Assembly (NCBI GenBank): GCA_963789395.1
Contig: CAWBKP010000010.1
Span: 64,001-128,000 of the forward strand
Direction of reading: 5' to 3'
DNA length: 64,000 nucleotides
Source of the DNA: an uncultured delta proteobacterium
GTDB lineage: Bacteria > Desulfobacterota > Desulfobacteria > Desulfobacterales > Desulfatirhabdiaceae
Shown here: positions 10,285 through 20,357 of the stretch, one piece after another
Layout: every line of letters begins with the position of its first letter
Position numbering within the stretch: the first letter of the stretch is position 1
Position numbers and translations under genes: made by a program
Notes under the pieces: model-generated
Told to the model about the DNA's origin: nothing
The model's input: only the letters and a program-made list of their open reading frames with translations
Database searches by the model: none

Positions 10285-11775
10285 TCATCCGCCAGCCAGC
10301 TTGCAGCTTTCGGAGATAGCGTCCGTTTCTCCCGATTCGAGATACAGCAGCCGTGCATCGATATCTGCGAGCAATTTTTCCTGGACACCCTGGCTGAGGA
10401 CCCCATGGTGGAAAGCGTCAATCACCTTGCCTTTTTCAACAAGCAGCAGGTGACGTTGTGCCCACTGTAATTCCTCTGCATGAAATTGCTGCTTATCGAG
10501 ATGCAGTTCGTTAAGCACTGCCCTGTCGCGCTCGATCTTCTGTTCATATCCTCGGCGGAGATCCGCGAGCATTTCCGGATTTGTGAAATGGACGTGCGAC
10601 AAGCGATCGATCTCCTCCAACGCGGCATGGGCTGCCTGCAACTTGCCGCGCGTCAACTCGTATGCGGCTCGTTCCTGGTGTCCGCACACAATTCCCAACC
10701 ATTTCAGCAGGGGCATCATGGACAACCCGTGGACAAGTATCGAAAGAATGACAACTCCGAAAGTCATTGAAACCAGCAATTCCCGATGCGGAAAATCCTT
10801 TGGAAGACTAAGCACCAGCACCATGGACAACCCGCCGCGTAACCCGCCCCAAGTCAGGACAGCGCTCCACGCCCAGGGAATCCGTTCCCGCGTCCTGCGA
10901 AGCAGGGATGAGGCGCCAAAGATGATCAGCGCCCTGCCGCCAGTGACAACGAGATAGGCGACCAGTATCGCCTGCCAGGAGGCCAGCAATGCCTGGAAGT
11001 TGACTTCAAGCCAATCAGAAGAAAAACGATCGAGTTGAGAGCAAATGCGATGTATTCCCAAAATGTCTCGACGGCGATCCGGGTCGATGGCGACATACCG
11101 ACACGGGCGCCATAATTTCCACAGAGCATGCCCGCGGCTACGGTTGCAATCACACCGGAGTAATGGAAATGCTCGGCGGCCAGGAACGAACCGTAGGCGG
11201 CGATCGTTGTCAGCGTAATTTCGATCATCGGGTCATCCACCTGTCTGATGACCTGGGAAACGGCCATACCCATTCCCACCCCGATGAGCGCACCAATACC
11301 GACGATCTTGACAAAATCGAAGGCCAATCCACCGACGGTCACCACCGTCCCATTCACGAACGAAATGCTGAGCATGAAGAACACAATCGCGGTGCCGTCA
11401 TTGAGCAGACTTTCACCTTCGAGCAACACGGACAGACGTTTGGGAACACCCAGACTCTTGAAGATCGAGACGACGGCAATGGGGTCGGTGGCGGAGATGA
11501 TCGCGCCGAAGACCAGCGCGTGTTTCCAGGTGAAATCCTGCACAAAATGCAATGTGTTTGCGACCGGTGTCAGAATCAGGGCCGTCAGCCCAATCGCCGC
11601 CACCATGTGAACATCAGGCCCTTGGTCAAATGGGGCGCATCGATGGCATGCAACAGCCCCAAAAAAGACCAGTGATGACCAGCGCCACCGTATACGGAAC
11701 AGCCAATCGTTGCACCGCAATCGCCACGGCCGTGGCCACAACGAAGAGCAAAATCAAGATGGTTCCCGTTTCCAT
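10285..11775 (-). pseudogene. CPA1-family Na+/H+ antiporter (NhaP/NhaG-like), frameshifted and with an apparent internal deletion
   Basis: Start METGTILILLFVVATAVA..VPYTVALV; motifs SATDPIAV, EGESLLNDG and WGGLRG. HLTKGLMFT joins directly to VAAIGLT, so the usual FLPxLLFEAA segment is missing. Confidence 0.8.
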
Positions 11776-12120
11776 TGCTCTTTATCATCTCCGTTCGTCA
11801 TTTGCAGTGGCATGCACAGAACCTTTTTCCCTGAATTTCAAGCTCGATTCCCTGTTCTTTCTTTCAGGCCGGATCCGTCTGCCTCTCCTTCTCCGGATAC
11901 GGCTGTCAAAGCTCCTCTGCAATGAGGACAAATGAATACTGTGCATTAGAATTTTGTCTCCAAAATTCAATACCGGACACCATCCTTTGTTGCGATCACT
12001 GTATCGTTCAAAGAGGGACTATCGGGGAAGGATGCAAATAAACGTCCCTGCAGTGTGCACAAAGCATCGCGGCATGCATTTGCTGCAATAAAATTGGTGG
12101 TCAAGCAAGCAGAATCTGGA

Positions 12121-12951
12121 TCAGACGCCCTGCAGCACATCGATCATGGAAAAAACTTTGCCCTGAATGCCTTGGCAGACTTTGCCGTGCAGATAGACGA
12201 CTGCATCCAGTGTCCCCTGGGCATAGATATCCCGTCCATTGACATTATGGGTGAATTCAAAGGAGACGGTCTGATCCGCGGAAGTCAGGGTGTAGGTATG
12301 CCACCCGTGACCGCCGATATAGGCTTCTGGGATCCCCCAGTCTTTTCGCTGGATATCCGGATTTCGCTCCATCTGGATATCTTTTTCCGTGAAGGGAACT
12401 CCCATCCGGTTAAAATACCCCACAATGGCCTTTGCTGTTCCGCTGGTGTCCGCCTTGCCGTTTTGATGGCTTTCCCGAACCTTCAGGCTGTATCCTTTAT
12501 ACAGGTCCGGAAAATTGGCAGCACCATATTCCAGCATGGCCTGAAGCCCGACAATCTGTTTGGCCATGTTGGGCGCAATAACTGCTGCAGTCGCTGAAGA
12601 TGTGACCGTATTCTCAAGAACTTTTCGGTCCCCTCCGGTTGTTCCCATGACAAACGGCAGATGATACCGAACATAAAACATTGCATTGGCATTTACCGCG
12701 GAGGGGTGGGTATAATCCACCATGATGATACCGGGATAATTTTGAACAATATCACCGATTGCCGTATCCCGGTCATCCGGATGCAGCAACCGGATCAAAA
12801 CGTTTCCCAGATTAAATTCTGAATACGGAATATCAGCTCCGGTCAAAGAAAACGGAATCAAATCAAGACGGTTATCGTTAACCACATGACGAGCCACAGT
12901 CGCCGCCATATTCCCGGGCATGCCATTTACCATCACACGAATTGGATTCAT
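12121..12951 (-). CDS. dapB: 4-hydroxy-tetrahydrodipicolinate reductase (plant-like type)
   Basis: VNGMPGNM, VDYTHP, VMGTTGG, APNMAKQIV and ESHQNGKADTSGTA motifs. Confidence 0.92.
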   Translation of the reverse strand: MNPIRVMVNGMPGNMAATVARHVVNDNRLDLIPFSLTGADIPYSEFNLGNVLIRLLHPDDRDTAIGDIVQNYPGIIMVDYTHPSAVNANAMFYVRYHLPFVMGTTGGDRKVLENTVTSSATAAVIAPNMAKQIVGLQAMLEYGAANFPDLYKGYSLKVRESHQNGKADTSGTAKAIVGYFNRMGVPFTEKDIQMERNPDIQRKDWGIPEAYIGGHGWHTYTLTSADQTVSFEFTHNVNGRDIYAQGTLDAVVYLHGKVCQGIQGKVFSMIDVLQGV

Positions 12952-12971
12952 TGGAATTCCTCCCTGATTTA

Positions 12972-13928
12972 TCAGTCTTCATGCTTTGTTCTTAAGCCGT
13001 TCAACACCTGAATCATGTCCTCTGGAATCGGCGCCTCCACGTGCATTTTTTCCCCGGTCGCCGGATGGGTAAAGGCAATGCGCCATGCGTGCAGCATCTG
13101 ACGGGCTACGGTTTTCAGAACAGCCGGCAGGTGCGCCCCGGAATTCCGATACCCGTAAACCGTATCGCCGACAACCGGGTGCTGCATCGACGCACAGTGC
13201 ACGCGAATCTGATGCGTTCTGCCGGTCTTGATTTCTATTTCAAGAAAGGATGCTGTGTCAAACAATTCCTTCACCCGCCAGAGGGTTCTGGCGTCCCGGT
13301 TTCTTTTGCTCAGAACGGACATTTTTTTCCGATCCACCGGATGTCTGCCGATTGGCAGATCAATAACGCCGCTTGCGGTTTTCATTCTTCCAGCAACCAG
13401 CGCCAGATAGGTTTTTTGAAGAGATCTGTCTTTGAACTGCGCGGCAAGATGCACCTGCGCCGCCGCTGTTTTGGCGACAACGAGAATGCCGGAGGTGTCC
13501 TTGTCCAGTCGGTGAACGATTCCGGGGCGGATTTTCCCGCCGATGCCCTCCAAATCCGGACAATGGTACAGAATCGCATTCACAAGGGTCCCCGAGAAAT
13601 GACCGGGGGCCGGATGGACCACCATTCCGGCGGGTTTGTCGATCACCAGGATGTCGTCATCTTCATGAAGGATACAGAACGGGATGGCTTCGGGTTCACA
13701 GGCGATGGGTTCTGGGGCGGGAATATTGCCGGAAATGATTTCGCCGGCCTTCACCCGGTAGCCGGGTTTTCTAATTTCGTTCAGGACTTGAATCTGTCCT
13801 TCCCGAAGGAGATTGGCAGCCATGGAGCGGGAACAGCCGGCAACCTGCAGCGCAATTACATTATCCAGACGCTCTCCGGCCTGTTCTTTCAAGACTGAAA
13901 AAGAAAACGGGCCGTGGAAAGGCATCAT
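12972..13928 (-). CDS. rluD: RluA/RluD-family 23S rRNA pseudouridine synthase
   Basis: S4 domain (ERLD..SRS), KPAGMVVHP, HRLDKDTSG and GRTHQIRVH. Confidence 0.92.
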   Translation of the reverse strand: MMPFHGPFSFSVLKEQAGERLDNVIALQVAGCSRSMAANLLREGQIQVLNEIRKPGYRVKAGEIISGNIPAPEPIACEPEAIPFCILHEDDDILVIDKPAGMVVHPAPGHFSGTLVNAILYHCPDLEGIGGKIRPGIVHRLDKDTSGILVVAKTAAAQVHLAAQFKDRSLQKTYLALVAGRMKTASGVIDLPIGRHPVDRKKMSVLSKRNRDARTLWRVKELFDTASFLEIEIKTGRTHQIRVHCASMQHPVVGDTVYGYRNSGAHLPAVLKTVARQMLHAWRIAFTHPATGEKMHVEAPIPEDMIQVLNGLRTKHED

Positions 13929-13938
13929 GGAAAGTTCA

Positions 13939-14499
13939 TTAAGCCGCGGCGGTCTCCTGAATAAACAGGGACTCGATTTCCAGAAGAACCGAATCTTCGG
14001 TTGTCTGCTTGGATGTGGAAAGCTCTTTAATCAGAAGGGTCTGGGCCGTATCATACAGTTTTCGTTCGCCAAAGGACAAATCCTTGGTCAGCTTCAGCAG
14101 GTAAAGATCCCGGAACACTTCCGCAACGTCAAACAGGGAGCCGGTCTTGATTTTTTCCATATAATCCCGGTATCTGCGATTCCAGGTTTGGGATTCAGCC
14201 GCAATATCCCTTTGATTTTTCATTAGATCGTAGATTTTAGGAATTTCATCTTCCTGAATGAGATCTCGAAGACCCACGGAATGCACGTTCCATGTAGGAA
14301 TCATGATGACCATACCGTTTTCGAGAATTTTCATGATATAAAAATCATGTTTTTCTCCGTTCACCACTTTGCATTCAATGGCATCGATGCGACCGACACC
14401 ATGAGCCGGGTATACGGCCAGATCACCAACCCGGAATTTTTTGGAGCTGGCTGTGGAAGGTTGAACCTTGTCTTTACTTTTTTTATCATAAAGTTTCAT
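13939..14499 (-). CDS. carD: CarD-family transcriptional regulator
   Basis: FRVGDLAVYPAHGVG, WNRRYR and LSFGERK motifs. Confidence 0.92.
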   Translation of the reverse strand: MKLYDKKSKDKVQPSTASSKKFRVGDLAVYPAHGVGRIDAIECKVVNGEKHDFYIMKILENGMVIMIPTWNVHSVGLRDLIQEDEIPKIYDLMKNQRDIAAESQTWNRRYRDYMEKIKTGSLFDVAEVFRDLYLLKLTKDLSFGERKLYDTAQTLLIKELSTSKQTTEDSVLLEIESLFIQETAAA

Positions 14500-14631
14500 A
14501 GTGTACCATGTCTAACCAGTATCAGGGCGTGGAATTCGGGACATCGGATGAGGAAACTGCGCTTGAAGCAGGACAATTAAATCTCGCCTACTTGATATAG
14601 ATTATTATCACACATCAACGGAACAAGCAAT

Positions 14632-14669
14632 AAAAAAGGACCGGAGCCTTGCGGCGCCGGTCCTTTTTT
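14632..14669. terminator. intrinsic terminator downstream of hppA (bidirectional architecture)
   Basis: AAAAAAGGACCGGAGCC-TTGC-GGCGCCGGTCCTTTTTT. Confidence 0.85.
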
Positions 14670-14700
14670 AACTACTCAACAAGATATAAAACGCTTGAGA

Positions 14701-16717
14701 CTACATCAGGAACGGAACCATCAGCAGTGCCACAACGTTCAGAATCTTGATCATCGGGTTAACAGCAGGACCTGCGGTGTCTTTGTAGGGATCGCCGACA
14801 GTGTCGCCGGTAACCGCGGCTTTATGGGCATCGCTGCCCTTTCCGCCAAGATGACCGTCTTCAATGTATTTCTTTGCATTGTCCCATGCAGCCCCACCGG
14901 TTGTCATGGAGATGGCCACAAAAAGACCGGTGACGATGCTGCCGATCAGAAGACCGCCCAGAGCCACTTTGCCCAGGAGGAAGCCGACGATGATCGGTGC
15001 AACAACCGGCAGGATGGCCGGAACAATCATTTCCTTTAAAGCGAACTTGGTAACGATATCCACGCATGCGCCGTAATCGGGTTTTGCGGTACCTTCCATG
15101 ATTCCGGGGATGGTGCGGAATTGTCTGCGGACTTCTTCAACAACCGCGCCGCCGGCATTACCGACTGCTTTCATGGCAATGGAGGCAAACAGATACGGCA
15201 GCAGGCCGCCGATAAACAGACCGATGATAACTCTTACATCGGAAAGGTCAAACCTGATGGCCTCTGCACCCTTTGCGCCCAGGAAATGAAAATTCCTGAA
15301 CATAGGCGGCAAAAAGAACCAGAGCAGCCAGACCGGCGGAACCAATGGCATAACCTTTGGTAACGGCCTTGGTGGTGTTGCCGACTGCATCCAGCGGATC
15401 GGTGACAGCGCGGACGCTTTCATCCATTCCAGCCATTTCGGCAATGCCGCCGGCGTTGTCGGTAATGGGGCCGTAAGCATCAATGGCGATAACCATACCG
15501 GTCATGGAGAGCATGGACATGGCGGCCATGGCAATGCCATAAAGTCCGGCAAAATGATGTGCGGCAAAAATGGCGATACAGATCGTGATAACCGGAGCGG
15601 CAGTGGACTGCATGCTGACGGCAAGACCGGCAATGATGTTGGTGCCGTGACCGGTGGCGGAAGCATCTGCAATGCCTTTAACCGGTGCATATTTTCCGGT
15701 GTAGAATTCGGTGATGATAACAATCACAACCGTCAGAATCAAGCCGACCAGGGTACAAAAATAAATATTCATGGCGGAAATGGTGCCAAGGCCGCCCATA
15801 TATTTCATGGTGACAAAATAAAAGGCAACAGCCGCAATAATGGCGGCGCCGAACATGCCTTTATACAGAGCGCCCATGATGTATTCGCCTTTGCCAAGTC
15901 TGACAAAGAAAATGGCGATCATGGAAGCCACAATGGAAATGGCGCCAAGGACCAGCGGAAATTCCGCGGCAATCAGAATTTTGGGGAAAAGCAGATGACC
16001 GATCAGCATGGCGGCAACAGCGGTAACCGCATAGGTTTCAAACAAGTCGGCAGCCATACCCGCGCAGTCGCCGACATTGTCGCCCACGTTATCCGCGATA
16101 ACAGCCGGGTTTCTGGGATCGTCTTCCGGAATTCCGGCTTCGACTTTACCCACCAGGTCAGCGCCGACATCCGCGCCCTTGGTGAAGATACCGCCGCCCA
16201 GCCGGGCGAAAATGGAGATCAAGCTGCCGCCAAATCCCAGGGCAACCAGAGCCATGATATCATGGGTGAAATAATAATAGCCGGCAACGGAAGTCAGCGC
16301 CAGGCCGGCAACCATCATACCGGTAACCGAACCGCCTTTGAAGGCAAGCGCAAGACCTGCAGCCAGGCCTTTTCTTGAAGCTTCAGCGGTTCTGACATTG
16401 GCAATAACCGACACTCTCATGCCGACATAGCCTGCGATAAAAGAGGCCACTGCGCCGATCAGAAAGCCGATGGCTGATTTCTGGCCCAGGGTAGAAAAAA
16501 TGATGACAAAAATGATAGCGCCGACAATAGACATGCTTTTTAACTGACGATTCAGGTATGCAATCGCACCTTCCTGAATGGCTGCCGCAATTTCCTGCAT
16601 CTTTTCATTACCCGCCGGAGCAGCTTTAACAACCGTAGCCAGCGCAATCGCAAAAAGGACACCAATTACACCCACCAGCGTACACGTCAATGGAATATTT
16701 GCCAGTACGTAGTCCAT
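14701..16717 (-). CDS. hppA: membrane-bound proton-translocating pyrophosphatase, K+-independent type (frameshift near 15290)
   Basis: [26 protein letters not shown] and [10 protein letters not shown] motifs. The frameshift lies in a T-run. Confidence 0.93.
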
Positions 16718-17367
16718 TATTTCCCTCCATCTGTTGTTTGACTTGAAATTGTGATTATCGATCGATTGAAACGATTCATCCCTTCCTTTGCACCATTACA
16801 AAGGATGGTTACTGCCGCATCCCGGGCCCGGGAAATGATGTGTTCCAGCATTCTGCTTTCTTCTGGATTAAAGGATGATAAGACATGATCCACAGCATTC
16901 ATTCCTGCCTCGGGACGCCCGATGCCCATGCGAAGGCGGGCAAAGTCTCCTCCGCCAAAAGCATCTATCAACGACTGAATACCATTATGTCCCCCGCTCC
17001 CTCCTTTCTCTTTAATTTTAATTCTTCCAAATGCAAGGTCCATGTCGTCATGGACAATTAACATATCTTCACAGGATAGACCAAAACTTTGAGCAAGTTG
17101 GTAAACCGGACTTCCGCTGAGATTCATATAGGCCATCGGCTGCACCAGGATAACTTCCCTGCCCCGTATGCACCCTATGCCGACCCGCGCATTGGCCGGA
17201 TGCATTTCAAGGGAAATGACAAATTCGCGGGAAATGGCAGCAATGACTTCAAAACCGATATTGTGCCGGGTCGCTGAATATTTGAGACCCGGGTTTCCGA
17301 GCCCGACGATCATAAAGCTTCGGCACCCGTAAGTCGCTTCGGCTGCTTCGGATTCGTTTTCAGCCAT
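16717..17367 (-). CDS. pth: peptidyl-tRNA hydrolase
   Basis: VGLGNPG, TRHNIG, YMNLSG, HDDMD and GGHNG motifs. Confidence 0.96.
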   Translation of the reverse strand: MAENESEAAEATYGCRSFMIVGLGNPGLKYSATRHNIGFEVIAAISREFVISLEMHPANARVGIGCIRGREVILVQPMAYMNLSGSPVYQLAQSFGLSCEDMLIVHDDMDLAFGRIKIKEKGGSGGHNGIQSLIDAFGGGDFARLRMGIGRPEAGMNAVDHVLSSFNPEESRMLEHIISRARDAAVTILCNGAKEGMNRFNRSIITISSQTTDGGK

Positions 17368-17404
17368 CCAGGATCATCCGACGATTACAACAATGTCGCT
17401 CAGA

Positions 17405-18022
17405 TCATTTCGCCGGAGCAGCCGCTGCTGCTGCTTCTTCAGCAGGTGCTTTTTCATCGGACTTGGTGCTGAGAATGGTCAAAATGGTATAATTTGTATC
17501 CGCAGGGATTTCAACATTCTCAGAGACCTTTAAATCTTTGACATGGACGGAATCCCCGATTTCCAGATCCGAGATATCAATCTGAATGGATTCCGGAACT
17601 TCAAACGGCAGGCACAGCACTTCAATCTCCCGTTTGATGATCTGAAGCATGCCGCCGTCTTCAATCCCTTTTGCCTTGCCTTTGACAACGACCGGAACAT
17701 CGACCGTGATTTTGCGGTCTTTTGAAATTTCATAGAAATCCACATGAAGAAATTTTCTGGACATCGGGTGGATCTGCATCTCTTTAATCATGGCGCTGCG
17801 ATTGCCGGTTTGAGCGTTTTGAATTGCCATATTGAAGATGATCTGACTGACGGATGCCTTTTTCAGGGCATGCTCTAAATCCAGGGATGAAATTGACAGT
17901 GAAATGGATTCGGTCCCCGGTCCGTAGAGCACGGCAGGAATATTTCCTTCCCGCCTCAGTGCGCGTGAAGGGCTGTTTCCGGCTGATGTTCTCATATTAG
18001 CAGTAAGTTCAAGTATCTCCAA
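17405..18022 (-). CDS. rplY: 50S ribosomal protein L25/Ctc
   Basis: LRREGNIPAVLYG and HVDFY motifs; prs-rplY-pth synteny. Confidence 0.95.
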   Translation of the reverse strand: MEILELTANMRTSAGNSPSRALRREGNIPAVLYGPGTESISLSISSLDLEHALKKASVSQIIFNMAIQNAQTGNRSAMIKEMQIHPMSRKFLHVDFYEISKDRKITVDVPVVVKGKAKGIEDGGMLQIIKREIEVLCLPFEVPESIQIDISDLEIGDSVHVKDLKVSENVEIPADTNYTILTILSTKSDEKAPAEEAAAAAAPAK

Positions 18023-18073
18023 AAAAACCTCCTTAATCTATTCTTCAATCCGTCATGGATTAAACCAGCGTGT

Positions 18074-19027
18074 TTATACAAATAATGATGTTACCGAATC
18101 CCCTCTGTGGCTTCGGATGATAGCTTCTCCTACCAGACGGGAAATACTGAGAACCTTCATTTTTTCACATTCAGCCGCAGCATTTCTCAATGGAATCGTA
18201 TCCGTGACAATAAAACTTTTTAATTCAGAAGACATGATCCGATCGACCGCCGGGCCGGACAGAACAGGATGAGAGCAGCATGCATGGACTTCTCTGGCGC
18301 CTTTCTCCATAATCACGGCAGCAGCTTGGGTAACCGTTCCGGCGGTATCGACCATATCATCCAGAATGATGGCCACTTTACCGGAGACATCCCCGATAAG
18401 TGCCATTGCCTTGGCTTTGTTGGGCGCTTCCCGGCGCTTATCCACGATGGCAAGACCCGCATTAAGGCGTTTGGCAAAAGCCCTGGCCCTTTCAACCCCG
18501 CCGGCATCAGGCGAAACCACAACAAGGTCGCTCTCAAATTTATTTTTGATATAGTCCAGTATCACCGGCGCAGCAAAGAGGTTATCCACGGGAATACTGA
18601 AAAAACCCTGAATCTGGCCAGCGTGCAGATCCATGGTGATCACCCGGTTTGCACCGGATACCGTAATGATATCGGCAACGAGCTTGGCGCTGATCGGCAC
18701 CCTCGGCGCCACTTTTTTATCCTGCCGTGCATAACCGAAATAGGGTATGACAGCCGTGATTCTTCTGGCAGAAGACCGCTTGAAGGCATCGATCATCAGC
18801 AGGAGTTCCACAAGGTGATCATTCACCGGAGAACTTGTGGATTGAATTACAAAAATATCCTTTGACCGGACATTTTCATCGATTTCAATCTGAAGCTCAC
18901 CATCGCTGAATGTTTTGACCTTGGCGCCTCCCAAGGGCAAATCCAGATATTGACATATCTTCTGCGCCAGTTCAGGATTTGAGTTTCCTGAAAAAATCCC
19001 CAGTCCGTTTGTCGCAAACCCGCTCAT
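18074..19027 (-). CDS. prs: ribose-phosphate pyrophosphokinase
   Basis: [31 protein letters not shown] and DDMVDTAGT motifs. Confidence 0.97.
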   Translation of the reverse strand: MSGFATNGLGIFSGNSNPELAQKICQYLDLPLGGAKVKTFSDGELQIEIDENVRSKDIFVIQSTSSPVNDHLVELLLMIDAFKRSSARRITAVIPYFGYARQDKKVAPRVPISAKLVADIITVSGANRVITMDLHAGQIQGFFSIPVDNLFAAPVILDYIKNKFESDLVVVSPDAGGVERARAFAKRLNAGLAIVDKRREAPNKAKAMALIGDVSGKVAIILDDMVDTAGTVTQAAAVIMEKGAREVHACCSHPVLSGPAVDRIMSSELKSFIVTDTIPLRNAAAECEKMKVLSISRLVGEAIIRSHRGDSVTSLFV

Positions 19028-19122
19028 TTGGAATCTTCCTATGCTTCCCTCAGTCGACAACCCATCGTGTGTACGCTGAAACTTTTTGATCGCGCATGTT
19101 CATAAGCCCCGACTGTTATGAC

Positions 19123-19197
19123 TGGCTGGGGCGGGAGGATTCGAACCTCCGAGTGCAGGAACCAAAATCCTGTGTCTTACCGCTTGACGACGCCCCA
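19123..19197 (-). tRNA. tRNA-Gln (anticodon TTG)
   Basis: TGGGGCGTCGTCAAGCGGTAAGACACAGGATTTTGGTTCCTGCACTCGGAGGTTCGAATCCTCCCGCCCCAGCCA forms a cloverleaf with TTG in the anticodon loop and an encoded CCA. It sits in the usual ispE-tRNA-prs position. Confidence 0.97.
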
Positions 19198-19215
19198 GCA
19201 TGAAAACCGGACAGG

Positions 19216-20068
19216 CTAAACCAGCAGTTGCGTCACAAAACACGACCATCTCTGGTTTTCGGACAGGGTTTTAAACGCTTTGCTCGCTCGATCCGGGTCC
19301 AAAAAAATACCAAATACGGTTGGACCGCTTCCCGACATCAACGATCCGATAGCCCCTTGATCCAGCAAGGCTTTTTTTATGTCAGAAAGCTCCGGATACC
19401 AGGAAATGGTAACAGTTTCAAGATCGTTACACAGATGGTGAAGCGGATTAAACCCCTTGTTCAAAGGAAAACTTTTAAGCTTTTGTTCGCAGTTTGTCAA
19501 TCCCAAATTCAGGTTTTTATAGACATCGGCGGTGCTAACCCGTATCTCGGGATGTATCAATACAATTGAATACGGTTGAATTTCTTCAATAAATTCAAGG
19601 TGATCTCCTACACCGGTTGCCAGCGCAGGCTTTTGATAAATAAAAAACGGCACATCCGCCCCAAGGGTCAACGCCAGGGATGCCAGGTCCCGATTTGAAA
19701 AAGGATGCCCATAATGGGCGTTCAGACCTGAAAGGACACTGGCGGCATTGCTGCTGCCCCCCCCGAGGCCGGCTGCAACGGGAATGCGTTTTTCGATAAA
19801 AATACCGACACCGCCCGAATGACCCAATGCATCAAAAAAACATTCGGCCGCGCGACATGCAATGTTGGTTTGATCTTCCGGAACTGCAGGATGCGTGCAG
19901 AAAACGGTTATCTTTGAAGCTTGAAAGTCCAGCACCAAGGAGTCATACAGGGCTATCCGCGCACATCAATGAATGCAGATCATGGTATCCATCCGATCGT
20001 TTTCCGAGGATGTGAAGAAACAGGTTGATTTTAGCGGGCGAGTTGATTTTCAAGATAGCGGCTTCCAA
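19216..20068 (-). CDS. ispE: 4-(cytidine 5'-diphospho)-2-C-methyl-D-erythritol kinase (frameshift near 19958)
   Basis: [20 protein letters not shown] is in the upstream frame; [15 protein letters not shown] and MSGSGPTVF are in ORF 19216..19938. Confidence 0.93.
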
Positions 20069-20140
20069 AAAAATATTGACAAATCCATGGGATTATAGAT
20101 AAAGATAGTTCAAAAATAAAGGAAGAAATCGGAAACACGA

Positions 20141-20209
20141 ATGAAACGGTATCAGCTTTCAATTGACATGGGTAATAAAGGATGGTGGCGCTGGCAAACT
20201 GAATACTAG
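20141..20209 (+). CDS. trpL: trp operon leader peptide
   Basis: MKRYQLSIDMGNKGWWRWQTEY* has three Trp codons in four positions and ends about 150 nt upstream of trpE. An alternative start is the ATG at 20168. Confidence 0.85.
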   Translation: MKRYQLSIDMGNKGWWRWQTEY

Positions 20210-20339
20210 GGGTGCGCCAACGAACGCTGATTAGTAAATTATAATCTCTAAAAAGGATCGTGAGCAACCCAAAGCCCATGATCCTTTTTTTATTCCAATA
20301 AAGGGGATCGTGGAAAACAAATCCATGACCCCCTTTTTT
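20183..20339 (+). promoter_or_regulatory. ribosome-dependent transcription attenuator with two tandem terminator hairpins
   Basis: Hairpins at 20255-20284 (+T7) and 20303-20333 (+T6). The 3' arm of the first can pair instead with the 5' arm of the second. Confidence 0.8.
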
Positions 20340-20357
20340 ATTGCAAAAGGAGTTTTT

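Noticed and set aside
11780..12050. Na+/Li+ or fluoride riboswitch upstream of the antiporter
   Set aside because: Hairpins exist, but I could not match the conserved motifs of these classes. An Rfam scan would settle it.
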